This document shows, piece after piece, positions 7,475 through 16,362 of a stretch of DNA of 32,569 bases (position 1 is the first letter of the stretch; the number at the start of each line of letters is the position of its first letter). The notes under the pieces are model-generated. The model was not told the DNA's origin. It did not search any database and was given only the letters and a program-made list of their open reading frames with translations. The DNA is from a virus (lineage: Duplodnaviria; Caudoviricetes), in IMG/VR virus record IMGVR_UViG_3300032884_000029, positions 1 through 32,569 of that record. One strand, 5' to 3'. Both the position numbers and the translations under genes were made by a program.

Positions 7475-8818
7475 ATGCCCTCAATTCAGACCTTCAATGA
7501 CTTCATGACCTCTACTGGTCCTTCCTATCTCACGAGCGCGGATAGCGTTATCAACGAGGCAGTGAAGAACACCTACGCATTTAGCCGTCTTCTCAAGGGT
7601 AAGACCACTGAGCAGACTGTTCAGGGTGGCAACGAAATCCGCGACGTCATCATGTTTGATGACTCGCGCACGTTCGACCACTACCAGCCGAACGACACGT
7701 TCACTTGGCGTAACCCCCAGGTTTCGGATTACATCCGTTGCCCTTGGCGTTTCTCGTTGGACCACATGTCGTGGACCGATGCTGAGATTGAGTTGAACAC
7801 TGGCGAAACCAGTGGTTCGACTAAGGTTGCTTACAAGCGCCTTAAGCGACTCAAGGAGCAGCGAATGTGGACCTCGATGCTCAACGGCTTCGAGGAGGAT
7901 CTGTGGGCGCCTCCGTCTGTTGCACAGATGGAAGATGAGTCTGGCCGACTTCCCTATTCTCTTCCGTATTTCATCTCTGAAATCGGCAAGGACTTTGGTG
8001 GTTCGCTTGGCCGACGCGGTACGGCTCCGTTCACTGGTACTGATAACAGTGCTACTACGGTGATGCGAATCAATCCGTTCACTGAGAACCGTTGGTCCAA
8101 CGTTCTTGAGTTGTACGACTCGTTGAAGCAGAATCCCACTGCCACGTCTTGGGGTGATTCAACGGCTATTTCCTTGTCGTCCAACACGATTTACAGTCAG
8201 GGGTCTGCCTCTACTGCAAATGTTGGCAACATCTTTTCTGCCTTCGATCTGATGTTTATGCGCCTTCGCTACGAAGCGCCATCGACGCGTCAGCAGTACT
8301 TTGAGAATGACAACCTGAATCGCCAGATGATTCTGTCTAGCCGAAGCGGCGTCCAGCGTTATCGCAACGCTCTCCGTGCAAGCAACGACACTCTTGTCTC
8401 GTATCAGGATGCATCTTACTCGTCTCCACAATACGCTGGAATCGACGTAACTTACTGCTCAGATCTGGATACGGCTGCTCTCTATCCTGCTACCACCACT
8501 GCAGTTGGCGCTACTATGGCTCTTTATAACGGAGCAACTGCAACTAGTGCTGGTGGAACGGCATCTGCGACCACTTGGACCAACCTCGGTACCGAAGAGG
8601 CTGCTTTGACTGTTTGCCGTGCGCCTCGCTACTACTTTGTGAACGGAAACTACTTGACTCCGATCTTCCACGCGAAGCGGTATTTCAAGCAGCACGAAGT
8701 TCTTCGTCATCCAAATCAGCCATTCACTTACGTTCAGCCTGTCGATTGCTGGTCGAATCTGTTCTGCAACTCGCGTCAACGTCACGGAATCGTCTCACCA
8801 ATCCCTGCTAGCGCCTAA
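7475..8818 (+). CDS. Major capsid protein (HK97 fold)
   Basis: 447 aa, AAGGA SD. QGGNEIRDVI and C-terminal YYFVNGNYL...WSNLFCNSRQRHG match podoviral capsid patterns; position after scaffold. Confidence 0.88.
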   Translation: MPSIQTFNDFMTSTGPSYLTSADSVINEAVKNTYAFSRLLKGKTTEQTVQGGNEIRDVIMFDDSRTFDHYQPNDTFTWRNPQVSDYIRCPWRFSLDHMSWTDAEIELNTGETSGSTKVAYKRLKRLKEQRMWTSMLNGFEEDLWAPPSVAQMEDESGRLPYSLPYFISEIGKDFGGSLGRRGTAPFTGTDNSATTVMRINPFTENRWSNVLELYDSLKQNPTATSWGDSTAISLSSNTIYSQGSASTANVGNIFSAFDLMFMRLRYEAPSTRQQYFENDNLNRQMILSSRSGVQRYRNALRASNDTLVSYQDASYSSPQYAGIDVTYCSDLDTAALYPATTTAVGATMALYNGATATSAGGTASATTWTNLGTEEAALTVCRAPRYYFVNGNYLTPIFHAKRYFKQHEVLRHPNQPFTYVQPVDCWSNLFCNSRQRHGIVSPIPASA

Positions 8819-8831
8819 TCGGAGTAACCAC

Positions 8832-9362
8832 ATGATCCCTGGAATTATCTGTCCCACTGGAAATCTTGGTGGGCTTACCCCTCATCAAGTCCTTTGTTCT
8901 CCGATTGCTGCGGTAGACGTTGCCGTTGGTGATCTGGTGATGTTTGACCTTGCTGGTGTAAGCACCACCTATACCGACGTAACCAAGATTACCGACTTGG
9001 ACAACAAGAAGAACCCCTTCAATGTTGTCATCAAATCGGTTGCTGCGGCTGCGACAGGAGCAGGTCACGGCGGCGTATTTGCCGTTGTGACTACGGCTGC
9101 TGTCGCAGGACAGCGGTGCGTTGTTTGCGTCAACGGTTTGGTTGACGCAAAGGTCACCTGTACTGTAACGAGCAACATTACTGTGGCTGGCGTTACAGTT
9201 CTTACCAACTCCGTTGGCGTGTTGGTTCCCGCTCTCCAGACTCCTGCGGCTACGACAAATGGCGCAGCACTGGGTATTGGGTTTACTGCCAAGACCGATG
9301 CTGGAACGGTAATGATGAAGGTGCTGTTTAACGGCTACGCCTTCGCCATCGGCGGCGCGTGA
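8832..9362 (+). CDS. Capsid decoration/cement protein (putative)
   Basis: 176 aa, Ala/Val/Thr/Gly-rich, VAVGDLV motif, GGAG SD, directly after the capsid gene and before a strong hairpin. Confidence 0.6.
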   Translation: MIPGIICPTGNLGGLTPHQVLCSPIAAVDVAVGDLVMFDLAGVSTTYTDVTKITDLDNKKNPFNVVIKSVAAAATGAGHGGVFAVVTTAAVAGQRCVVCVNGLVDAKVTCTVTSNITVAGVTVLTNSVGVLVPALQTPAATTNGAALGIGFTAKTDAGTVMMKVLFNGYAFAIGGA

Positions 9363-9377
9363 TCTGACAACTACTAC

Positions 9378-9412
9378 CGTAGTGTTGCGGGGAACCGCAA
9401 CACTACGCTTCT
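9378..9412 (+). terminator. Perfect 13-bp hairpin with GGAA tetraloop (weak terminator, attenuator or mRNA stabiliser)
   Basis: CGTAGTGTTGCGG-GGAA-CCGCAACACTACG (9378-9407) followed only by CTTCT. Confidence 0.7.
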
Positions 9413-11248
9413 ATGCTGACTTACGGCGGACTCAAGCAACACATCGTTCTCGCTCTCGGAGGCCAGCCTTCGGTAGTGTCAGGTGTCAACCGCGATCAGC
9501 GGATTGCTGAGATCGTCAATCAGGCTGGCAACTATCTCTTCTCGAAGTCATGGCGTTTCCGCGAGAGGACTGCTCGTCCAATTTCAGTGGTTGCCCAACA
9601 GGACTACGCTCCGCTCCCAGGTGACGCCGAAGAGATTATCTCCCTGACTTGCAGGGCTGGACTGGGTTGGCGTGTGGAGATGACCAGCCCAGAGAACATG
9701 GAAATGATGAGGACCAGTGCGTTCCCATCTCTTTCCACAGGTTCTTACTACGCGGCAATGGCTCGCCCGTGGGCGCAAGCAGGAACAACAACTCCACTTG
9801 TCGATGGATCGGGAATGCCGTCCGTCCGATTGGAATTGTTTCCAACACCAAACGTAACTAGTTCGGATGCTTTGATCATCCGATATCGAGGATCGTGGGT
9901 TCCAGTCAGCGGCGAGACTTCGTCGATGACTGCCGATGTTTATCAAATTCCTGTCCCTGCATACGCCGAAGCGCTTCTCATTGCGTATGCACGGGCCTTT
10001 GGGCTAGCCTATGAAGACGAAGGTCTTTCGGCACGGCTCATCGAGATCGACCAAGGTCCGCTATTCAATGCGGCGGCGATCAAGGATGGAATACAGCAGC
10101 GAGACTATGGGAGGTTGCTGTCGAATCGTGTCAGCCCCTTTCGTCGAGAATCCTCAGCGGTATCGTCGGGGGTATGTGGAGTAGGAGCGCCAGCATCGTC
10201 CTTCAGCAACATTCGCTGGAGGGGTGTTTACAGCCCATCCGAAGCCTATGTTGTAGGTGACGTGGTTCGGTATGGAGGCCGATCCTACATCTGCGTTACA
10301 GACACGACGCTAGTGGACCCTCCTGCCTCGCAGTGGGAGGTGATGGCTGCTGATGGTGCCGATGGCAGTTCTGGATCAAACGGCGCTGCAGGGGCTACAG
10401 GAGCCACTGGTGCCACTGGTGCCACTGGACCGACTGGACCCGCTGGAACATCTGGCGCTCCTGTAGACGCTCAATATGTGGTCATGGCAGCGGACGGCAC
10501 TCTTTCAAATGAGAGTGTGCTGACGGCTGGTAACCATGTAACCGTTTCTGCTGGTAGTGGACTAGTGACCGTCGATGGCCGAATCAACAGGCGCAAGCGC
10601 TCTTCTTTGTTCTCCGACATGAACGCTGCTGGCGACTGGTCAAACTACTCAAGTGGAACTGGAGTATCAAACACCTTTTCCACCGCTAGTATTGCGGACG
10701 GAAACAGGGTTGGTATTTGCGTTCACGGAACTGGAACAACTTCCTCTGGACGTGCTGGAGTTGGTTCAATTGCTACAGATGCTGTTGGCTTTGGATTGTC
10801 TGAGCATCGGCTATACGCCTGTGTCAAGATTCCAGTCTTGTCTGTTGTGACCACCGCAGAGTTTATTGTTCACATCGGATTCAACGATAGCCAATCCGCT
10901 CTTGCGGCAGATGCTCTTGTGTTTCAATCTCCACGGGTTGGTCTTGGTGAAACAACGTGGCGGGCATGTTCTCAAAATAACTCAGCAGCAGCCAGTATTG
11001 ATACTGGTGTAACGCATGACACCAACTTCCACTCATTTGAAATCATAGTGAACGCTGCTGGAACATCGGCAACGTTCTATATCGACGGCGTCTTGGTAGC
11101 GACATTTGGAACAGGGCAGATACCAAAGATCACAACACTTCCTGCGCGAGCGCTTGGAGTGGTCTGTGGAATCATCAAACTCAACGGGACAACTGCGTCT
11201 CTCCTGTATACAGACGCTTTGGCTCTCGACATCGAATGCAGTAGATAA
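9413..11248 (+). CDS. Head-tail adaptor fused to CBM-like, collagen and ConA-like fibre domains
   Basis: N-terminal ~240 aa follow the podoviral adaptor pattern (TYxxLK..I, VNQA...W, YxxLPxD, LELFPTP, IIRY). Then WRGVYSPSEAYVVGDVVRYGGRSYIC (CBM5/12-like), 12 Gly-X-Y triplets, and a C-terminal lectin-like domain. Confidence 0.72.
   Translation: MLTYGGLKQHIVLALGGQPSVVSGVNRDQRIAEIVNQAGNYLFSKSWRFRERTARPISVVAQQDYAPLPGDAEEIISLTCRAGLGWRVEMTSPENMEMMRTSAFPSLSTGSYYAAMARPWAQAGTTTPLVDGSGMPSVRLELFPTPNVTSSDALIIRYRGSWVPVSGETSSMTADVYQIPVPAYAEALLIAYARAFGLAYEDEGLSARLIEIDQGPLFNAAAIKDGIQQRDYGRLLSNRVSPFRRESSAVSSGVCGVGAPASSFSNIRWRGVYSPSEAYVVGDVVRYGGRSYICVTDTTLVDPPASQWEVMAADGADGSSGSNGAAGATGATGATGATGPTGPAGTSGAPVDAQYVVMAADGTLSNESVLTAGNHVTVSAGSGLVTVDGRINRRKRSSLFSDMNAAGDWSNYSSGTGVSNTFSTASIADGNRVGICVHGTGTTSSGRAGVGSIATDAVGFGLSEHRLYACVKIPVLSVVTTAEFIVHIGFNDSQSALAADALVFQSPRVGLGETTWRACSQNNSAAASIDTGVTHDTNFHSFEIIVNAAGTSATFYIDGVLVATFGTGQIPKITTLPARALGVVCGIIKLNGTTASLLYTDALALDIECSR
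10355..10462 (+). repeat. Collagen-like (Gly-X-Y)12 coding repeat
   Basis: GAD GSS GSN GAA GAT GAT GAT GAT GPT GPA GTS GAP; tandem GCCACTGGT units in the DNA. Confidence 0.9.
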
Positions 11249-11351
11249 TCGATATAAGTTCTGTAGTTCTATAGAGTTCTATCGCGTTCTAGCCTGTGGC
11301 AGGTATATTCTCCATACTCCGATAAATAGAGAATTTCTACCTGAGAGCGCT
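11249..11351 (+). promoter_or_regulatory. AT-rich intergenic control region before the lysis cassette
   Basis: GTTCT at 11258, 11266, 11276 and 11286 (last three exactly 10 nt apart); interrupted stem CAGGTA/TACCTG plus ATTCTC/GAGAAT (11300-11343). Confidence 0.45.
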
Positions 11352-11516
11352 ATGACTACCGAACTTATGTTTGCTGTGCTAGGGATCATTGCAACCACAA
11401 TCACCACCACTGTGGTTGTGTATTCCAAGATCGTCGCTCTTGAAGTTGCCATCGCTCGGCTTCAGGTGCAGGTCAGTCACTACGACGAGCGAATCGCCAA
11501 ACTAGAAAAGGCTTAA
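11352..11516 (+). CDS. Small membrane protein with coiled coil (lysis-associated)
   Basis: Start reassigned to ATG 11352. 54 aa with one N-terminal transmembrane (TM) segment and a heptad tail IVALEVAIARLQVQV. Confidence 0.65.
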   Translation: MTTELMFAVLGIIATTITTTVVVYSKIVALEVAIARLQVQVSHYDERIAKLEKA

Positions 11517-11517
11517 A

Positions 11518-11715
11518 ATGTCGAGTTGGAAGACCACTCTTGTCGGAATCTTGGCTGCTGTCGCAATCATGGCTACCCAAATCGGGGCGATGCTTGACAA
11601 CGATCCTGCCACCACCTTCTCGTTGGAGGCGATCTTCAGCGCGCTGGCTGCGCTTGGGATCGGCCTGTTCGCCCGTGACAACACCGTAACCAGCGAGCAG
11701 GCTGGACTGAAGTGA
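11518..11715 (+). CDS. Holin (putative, two TM segments)
   Basis: 65 aa, SWKTTLVG start, two hydrophobic segments, charged ARD...K tail. Confidence 0.68.
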   Translation: MSSWKTTLVGILAAVAIMATQIGAMLDNDPATTFSLEAIFSALAALGIGLFARDNTVTSEQAGLK

Positions 11716-11719
11716 TGCC

Positions 11720-11953
11720 ATGCTCGACAAGTTTGTTGCCGCATTCGCCCTCGCTCTATTCGCTTACCTTGAGAAGCGTTTCGACCGTAGCAACACTGCT
11801 GTCGATGCTGATGTTGACCGCAAGACTTTGCGTCTTGCTTCTGTTCGCCTTCGTGCTTGGGTGCGGAAGCAGGACGATCTTCGTCCCCGAAAGCAGCCCA
11901 ATGCGGATAGCGGAACCGAACGGAGCGAGGATGAGGGTGTACCACCGCGTTGA
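11720..11953 (+). CDS. Inner-membrane spanin (Rz-like, putative)
   Basis: N-terminal hydrophobic anchor FVAAFALALFAYL followed by a charged helix; overlaps a lipoprotein gene in another frame. Confidence 0.5.
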   Translation: MLDKFVAAFALALFAYLEKRFDRSNTAVDADVDRKTLRLASVRLRAWVRKQDDLRPRKQPNADSGTERSEDEGVPPR

Positions 11954-12044
11954 TGGTGTATGGACACGGTCAGAGAATTCAATTGTTGTTCCAGAAGGCT
12001 GGTATTTACTACCACCGTCCTACATGACTGAGGAAACCCCATGA
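11805..12044 (+). CDS. Outer-membrane lipoprotein spanin (Rz1-like, putative)
   Basis: Start reassigned to ATG 11805 (or 11811). Signal MLMLTARLCVLLLFAF plus lipobox VLGC; Pro-containing mature part; ATGA coupled to the next gene. Confidence 0.6.
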   Translation: MLMLTARLCVLLLFAFVLGCGSRTIFVPESSPMRIAEPNGARMRVYHRVDGVWTRSENSIVVPEGWYLLPPSYMTEETP

Positions 12045-13144
12045 CTGCGAAGATCCAAATCCGACGCGACACCACTGCCAACTGGGGTACAGATCCAGTA
12101 TTGAACAGTGGTGAATTTGGACTTGATACAACTCTCAGCCAACTCAAGGTCGGTACTGGTGCTGTTTGGTCAGCAACCCCTTGGTTGACGGGTTCTCTTC
12201 CGTACTTCGGAAGTCCAAGTTCTTCTGATTTGAACGATGGAACAAATCGTGTTGCTGGCCGATACCGCTTTGTGAGCGCCACTGCTTCTCCAACAAATGG
12301 CCCTTTCACCTTTGCGGTGGACGACGGAATTGCAACGCTGCTTGTCACCGCATACGGAGACACCATTGCCCAATTCCTTTCTACTGAGGGTAATGGAACT
12401 ACATCATTCCCATCCAAGAACTACTTTCGCCTCTATGACGGCGGATCGGCTGCTTGGCGCGCATGGATGCCGCTAAGCAACTGGGCAACTGGAGCAGCCG
12501 TTGGCACTCCGATTGAATGCACGACCGTCAATGCCAAAGGCGTTGTCACTATTGCTGATGGAGTGGTAGGCGCTCCAGCAATTGCGTTTGCTAGCGACAC
12601 CGATACGGGTCTTTACTGGAAGGCTGCAAATCAACTTGGTATTGCGGTCGGCGGCACTCTAAGCGCGCATTTTACTGCCACTCAGTTGGTTACTAACAGC
12701 ATCAGTTGCACCACTACCAGTGTTTTGACTGGCAATTGCTCAATGGGAGGCACTCTTGGAGTCACTGGCTTAGCCACCTTCAGTGCTGGAGCAGCAATGA
12801 ATGGATTTAAAGTGACTGGAGTCGCAGATGCCACTTCCCTCACCGACGGGTTGAATCTGCAATCGCTGCTGGATCGCATTGCCATCATTGCTCCTGCAAG
12901 TTCAGTAGGTAATATCTACACAGCATCAAACGGGGCAAGTTGGACATTGACTGCGCTAAATCCAGTCACATGGACAGCGACCTCTCCTAGTGGCGGCAAT
13001 TATGACGGGATCATCATTGCTTTTGACGGCAACGGAGCATTACTGCCAGCATTCTGCAAGGTTTTCAACAACGATCCTTCCCCCATTGTGGCAAGTGCAG
13101 GCGCAGCAATATACGCAATATTGATTGCGATCAAGAGATCGTGA
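12041..13144 (+). CDS. Tail fibre with Mtd_N/hyaluronidase-type N-terminus
   Basis: KIQIRRDTTANW...PVLNSGEFGLDT...LKVGTG, then a knob-like segment (DLND...WRAW), APAIAFASDTDTGLY, and a YadA-neck-like KVTGVADATSLTDGLN. Confidence 0.8.
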   Translation: MTAKIQIRRDTTANWGTDPVLNSGEFGLDTTLSQLKVGTGAVWSATPWLTGSLPYFGSPSSSDLNDGTNRVAGRYRFVSATASPTNGPFTFAVDDGIATLLVTAYGDTIAQFLSTEGNGTTSFPSKNYFRLYDGGSAAWRAWMPLSNWATGAAVGTPIECTTVNAKGVVTIADGVVGAPAIAFASDTDTGLYWKAANQLGIAVGGTLSAHFTATQLVTNSISCTTTSVLTGNCSMGGTLGVTGLATFSAGAAMNGFKVTGVADATSLTDGLNLQSLLDRIAIIAPASSVGNIYTASNGASWTLTALNPVTWTATSPSGGNYDGIIIAFDGNGALLPAFCKVFNNDPSPIVASAGAAIYAILIAIKRS

Positions 13145-15444
13145 CCCACATCCCAGTTCAACTTCCGTTTGGCGGATTTACTGAGCAGACGCAGTTCAGT
13201 AATGCCATTCCTGGAATGACTCAATCATGTTTGAATGTGATGCCGTCCGACCCGTGGAACGGAAGAGCCAGAATCGGAACTAGGACTGGAACGCTGCAAT
13301 ACAACCTAGGCGCTGTCCAGTTTATGTCCACCTTCAGGGCATATCAGAGCGGCGTGTTGGTAGAGAAGATCATCTTTGTCCGTGCTGGAAAGGTGTATTT
13401 CGCTGACCCAAATGCGACCATCCCAGTGTCAAGCGGAACGATGACTTCGCAGGTATTTGCGAATCAAGGAACTGCTCTTCTCAACACAACTGGCCTTGTA
13501 GAGGGTGTTCAGTTCAACGAACACTTCTACTTTGTTGATGGCACCAATTATGTGTATGTGTCCCTTACTGGGACAACTGGTGCGTTTCAATGGGGTGCGC
13601 CTCACGCATCCCCTCACGGTCCTTGCCACACAGATCCTGCATCCACTACTGGTAATAGAGCAACCCTGATATGCAGGTGGGGCGCAAGACTGGTGCTTGC
13701 TGGATTCAAACTGACCCCCAATCTATGGTTTGCTTGCGCTCCCGACGAGCCATATCCAGATACATCTGGTGGTACGACTGATGGATGGGATGGAACCAAT
13801 TTTATCGGAGCAATTGCTGGCGGAACATTGCATGATTATGGATCACTTGGAAGTCCAATTGTTGCGATATTTCCGTTTGCACAGACGGGATTGATGTTTG
13901 GATGCACAGACTCGTTCTCGTTTCTTACATCGGACCCTGTGTTTGATCCCAATGCATCCATGGTGAATCTGACGAAAAGCATTGGAATTTCTGGTCAGCG
14001 AGCATTTTGCCAGAGCCAAGAAAAGGGAGCATTTGTACTAGGTAACGATGGACTCTATGCCCTAAACGCAAATGACTTCAACTTCAATCGCGGCAATCGA
14101 GTCAGTGCTGGGCGCCTAGATTCTTTCTTCCTCCGTTTGGACTTTGGAACGCCAGCAATTGGTGGATCGTCTCCGCTTGCTGGAGGAACGTTCAGGTCAC
14201 TGCAAACAGACATTGGAAGTACTGGCGCAACGAACTACACCAAACTCTCAGACGGTTCAATTACCGCTGACGCGCAGGACACAGACACAACGATCAACAC
14301 TAACGCTAGTGCTTTGATCGGCAACGTCGCATTTGGAGAAGTGTTCCCTTCTCTTTGCTATGACCCAGATCGAGAAGGAGTTTGGATATTCCTTGCTGTA
14401 AGCGGGTCTGACTCTGCAAGTCTTCATCTGTTTTACGACTTGAAGACCAACTCATTCTGGCCACAGCGATTCTCCGATCCGATGATGTATGACCCTACAT
14501 CGTCGTGTTATGTCGGTACAGCGCGAAGCCACAGCGGAAAGTTATTCTTTGGAAATGACATGTCTATTTCATTGATAGACAAGGACGTCAACTCGGGAAT
14601 TGACGGATATAATTCTGAGGGAATGACCGAAGTTGATCAGCGAGCAAAGTTTGTTAAAGCAAGCATGACGTTTGGTCCGTTTCTGGCGCCTCTTCCATAT
14701 CGGTATCAGTTGAACGAACTTCGCGTAGATCTGGCAGAAGATCGATACGAGTTGCCGATCACTGACTACAGCGTTGCGCCAGTTGTATCTGTGTCCTGTG
14801 GATCAACTGCCCAAGAAGCAATTGGTCTTCAAACCGACGTCATCTTTGTCACCAACCTGAACGCGCTAGTAATCGACTGTGGAGAGGCTAGTTCAACTGT
14901 GTTTGCTAGCACCTACGATGGTGGCGGATCTTCAGATACAGCGCCAGCCAACAACATCGATGGCCGTTTGGCAATTAGGCCGTTTGGAACCTACACCCAA
15001 ACTGACCTATTTGCCTCTGGCATTTCCAGGGAATACAACGGCCCTGGAGATTGGGTTGTTCGGTGGCAAGCCGCTAGTCCTACTCCATCAACTGCAAATC
15101 CGAATCGGTGGACTGTCGCGCGAAAGAATCCGACCAACTACGAAGTCGATTACGAGCAGATCGTGGCTGATGAAGGTTCTCCAGATGGAAGCATGATCAC
15201 AGTCAGGCAATTGCCTATTGCTCCAGATGCAAAAGACAATACCAACGTTTCTGCGGCGTCGTTTCCTAATTCGACTGTGACTGAAATTGGTCAACTCAAC
15301 GTTGGAAGAAACGAGGCCATGAAATGCAGGATCAGATCAGAGGCCATGTATATCACCATTGGTTCTAACGGCCATCCTTGGGCTGTTGAGCGTGTTTCAG
15401 GATCATTCTCTCAAGTAGGAAAGAGCAGAGGTTCAACACCATGA
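13141..15444 (+). CDS. Tail nozzle / DNA stabilisation protein (P22 gp10 / T7 gp12-like)
   Basis: 767 aa, beta-propeller-like composition, LPFGG...CLNVMP start, located just before the ejection proteins. Confidence 0.7.
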   Translation: MTHIPVQLPFGGFTEQTQFSNAIPGMTQSCLNVMPSDPWNGRARIGTRTGTLQYNLGAVQFMSTFRAYQSGVLVEKIIFVRAGKVYFADPNATIPVSSGTMTSQVFANQGTALLNTTGLVEGVQFNEHFYFVDGTNYVYVSLTGTTGAFQWGAPHASPHGPCHTDPASTTGNRATLICRWGARLVLAGFKLTPNLWFACAPDEPYPDTSGGTTDGWDGTNFIGAIAGGTLHDYGSLGSPIVAIFPFAQTGLMFGCTDSFSFLTSDPVFDPNASMVNLTKSIGISGQRAFCQSQEKGAFVLGNDGLYALNANDFNFNRGNRVSAGRLDSFFLRLDFGTPAIGGSSPLAGGTFRSLQTDIGSTGATNYTKLSDGSITADAQDTDTTINTNASALIGNVAFGEVFPSLCYDPDREGVWIFLAVSGSDSASLHLFYDLKTNSFWPQRFSDPMMYDPTSSCYVGTARSHSGKLFFGNDMSISLIDKDVNSGIDGYNSEGMTEVDQRAKFVKASMTFGPFLAPLPYRYQLNELRVDLAEDRYELPITDYSVAPVVSVSCGSTAQEAIGLQTDVIFVTNLNALVIDCGEASSTVFASTYDGGGSSDTAPANNIDGRLAIRPFGTYTQTDLFASGISREYNGPGDWVVRWQAASPTPSTANPNRWTVARKNPTNYEVDYEQIVADEGSPDGSMITVRQLPIAPDAKDNTNVSAASFPNSTVTEIGQLNVGRNEAMKCRIRSEAMYITIGSNGHPWAVERVSGSFSQVGKSRGSTP

Positions 15445-16361
15445 GTCAAATTTTTGGTGCCATCGCAATGGTTGGTGGAGGCATTTTAAGTGCGCAAGGC
15501 AATCAACAGCGTAAGCGCGCTATGCGCCGACAAGCCCAGGAGTACATGATCCAATACGGAAAGATGGCTGACGAATACAAGGGCGGGTATTCAGCAGTCA
15601 TCGATCAGTACTCAGCAGACCGTGAGCGCAACATGGGTTTGTATCGAAGTGAAATGGAAATCGCTCGAAGTGATTTCACCAAGTACTTTGACATCGCCAA
15701 GTCTGAGTACGCTTCTGGAATGGATCGATCTCTTGCAGAAGCCCGCGTTGGTCGCGAAAGCACCATCGCTGGCATCAAGCAAGCAACTGCAAAGTCCATG
15801 CAGTCTGCATCAGCCCGCAACGCCTTCTCTGGCATGGGTCAAACTTCGTTTGGCCAGGATCGGATTACGGCGATTGGTGGGCAGGGTGCAATGCAAGAGG
15901 GCATGGTGCGAGAGCAGTACTCGTCTCAGTTGTCACAACTTGAGGCTCAACGTGCGGCTGGAATGTCCAACCTGTCTACTCAGATGGGAAGTGGACTTAG
16001 CGCCATCAGCCAGAATCAAGCGACCAACCTGTCGAACATCTTCCAGTCCTATACCAATCAAGCGGCAAGCATGGGCATGTCTGGTTTGAACAACGAGTAC
16101 CAGATGCGCCAGCAGGGTTTGAATGGAATGCTTGGGATCAATACTGCAGTCAACCAGAACGTTGGTTCTGGTTTCCAACAGTGGGGAAACATGGCATCGT
16201 CTATTGGCGGAGCGTTGATGGGAAATATGGGATCGATGGGCGGAGGCGGAGGCGGAGGAATGTCTACTCCCAATACCTACAGCGGCCAATACACCAATCA
16301 GTCTGGTGGAGACATAAACGGCGGATATAACTCCAGCGGCGGCGCTGTAGGAGGAAGGTAA
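15441..16361 (+). CDS. Internal virion / ejection (pilot) protein
   Basis: 306 aa, GAIAMVGGGILSA N-terminus, Gln/Ser/Met/Gly-rich helices, Gly-rich tail. Confidence 0.65.
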   Translation: MSQIFGAIAMVGGGILSAQGNQQRKRAMRRQAQEYMIQYGKMADEYKGGYSAVIDQYSADRERNMGLYRSEMEIARSDFTKYFDIAKSEYASGMDRSLAEARVGRESTIAGIKQATAKSMQSASARNAFSGMGQTSFGQDRITAIGGQGAMQEGMVREQYSSQLSQLEAQRAAGMSNLSTQMGSGLSAISQNQATNLSNIFQSYTNQAASMGMSGLNNEYQMRQQGLNGMLGINTAVNQNVGSGFQQWGNMASSIGGALMGNMGSMGGGGGGGMSTPNTYSGQYTNQSGGDINGGYNSSGGAVGGR

Positions 16362-16362
16362 A

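Noticed and set aside
8800-8835. Programmed frameshift or readthrough extending the capsid into the decoration gene
   Set aside because: No slippery heptamer near the TAA stop; the downstream gene has its own GGAG SD and ATG.
11258-11290. LexA/SOS box or CRISPR-like repeat
   Set aside because: GTTC spacing is N6 rather than N7, and the units are far too short and lack spacers for CRISPR.
12030-12044. Identical EETP C-termini in the lipoprotein and the 29305-29661 protein
   Set aside because: Explained by an embedded GAGGA SD plus ATGA overlap rather than shared function.
12041-13144. Diversity-generating retroelement suggested by the Mtd_N-type fibre
   Set aside because: No reverse transcriptase and no template/variable repeat pair differing at adenines seen in the window; Mtd_N is only an attachment domain.
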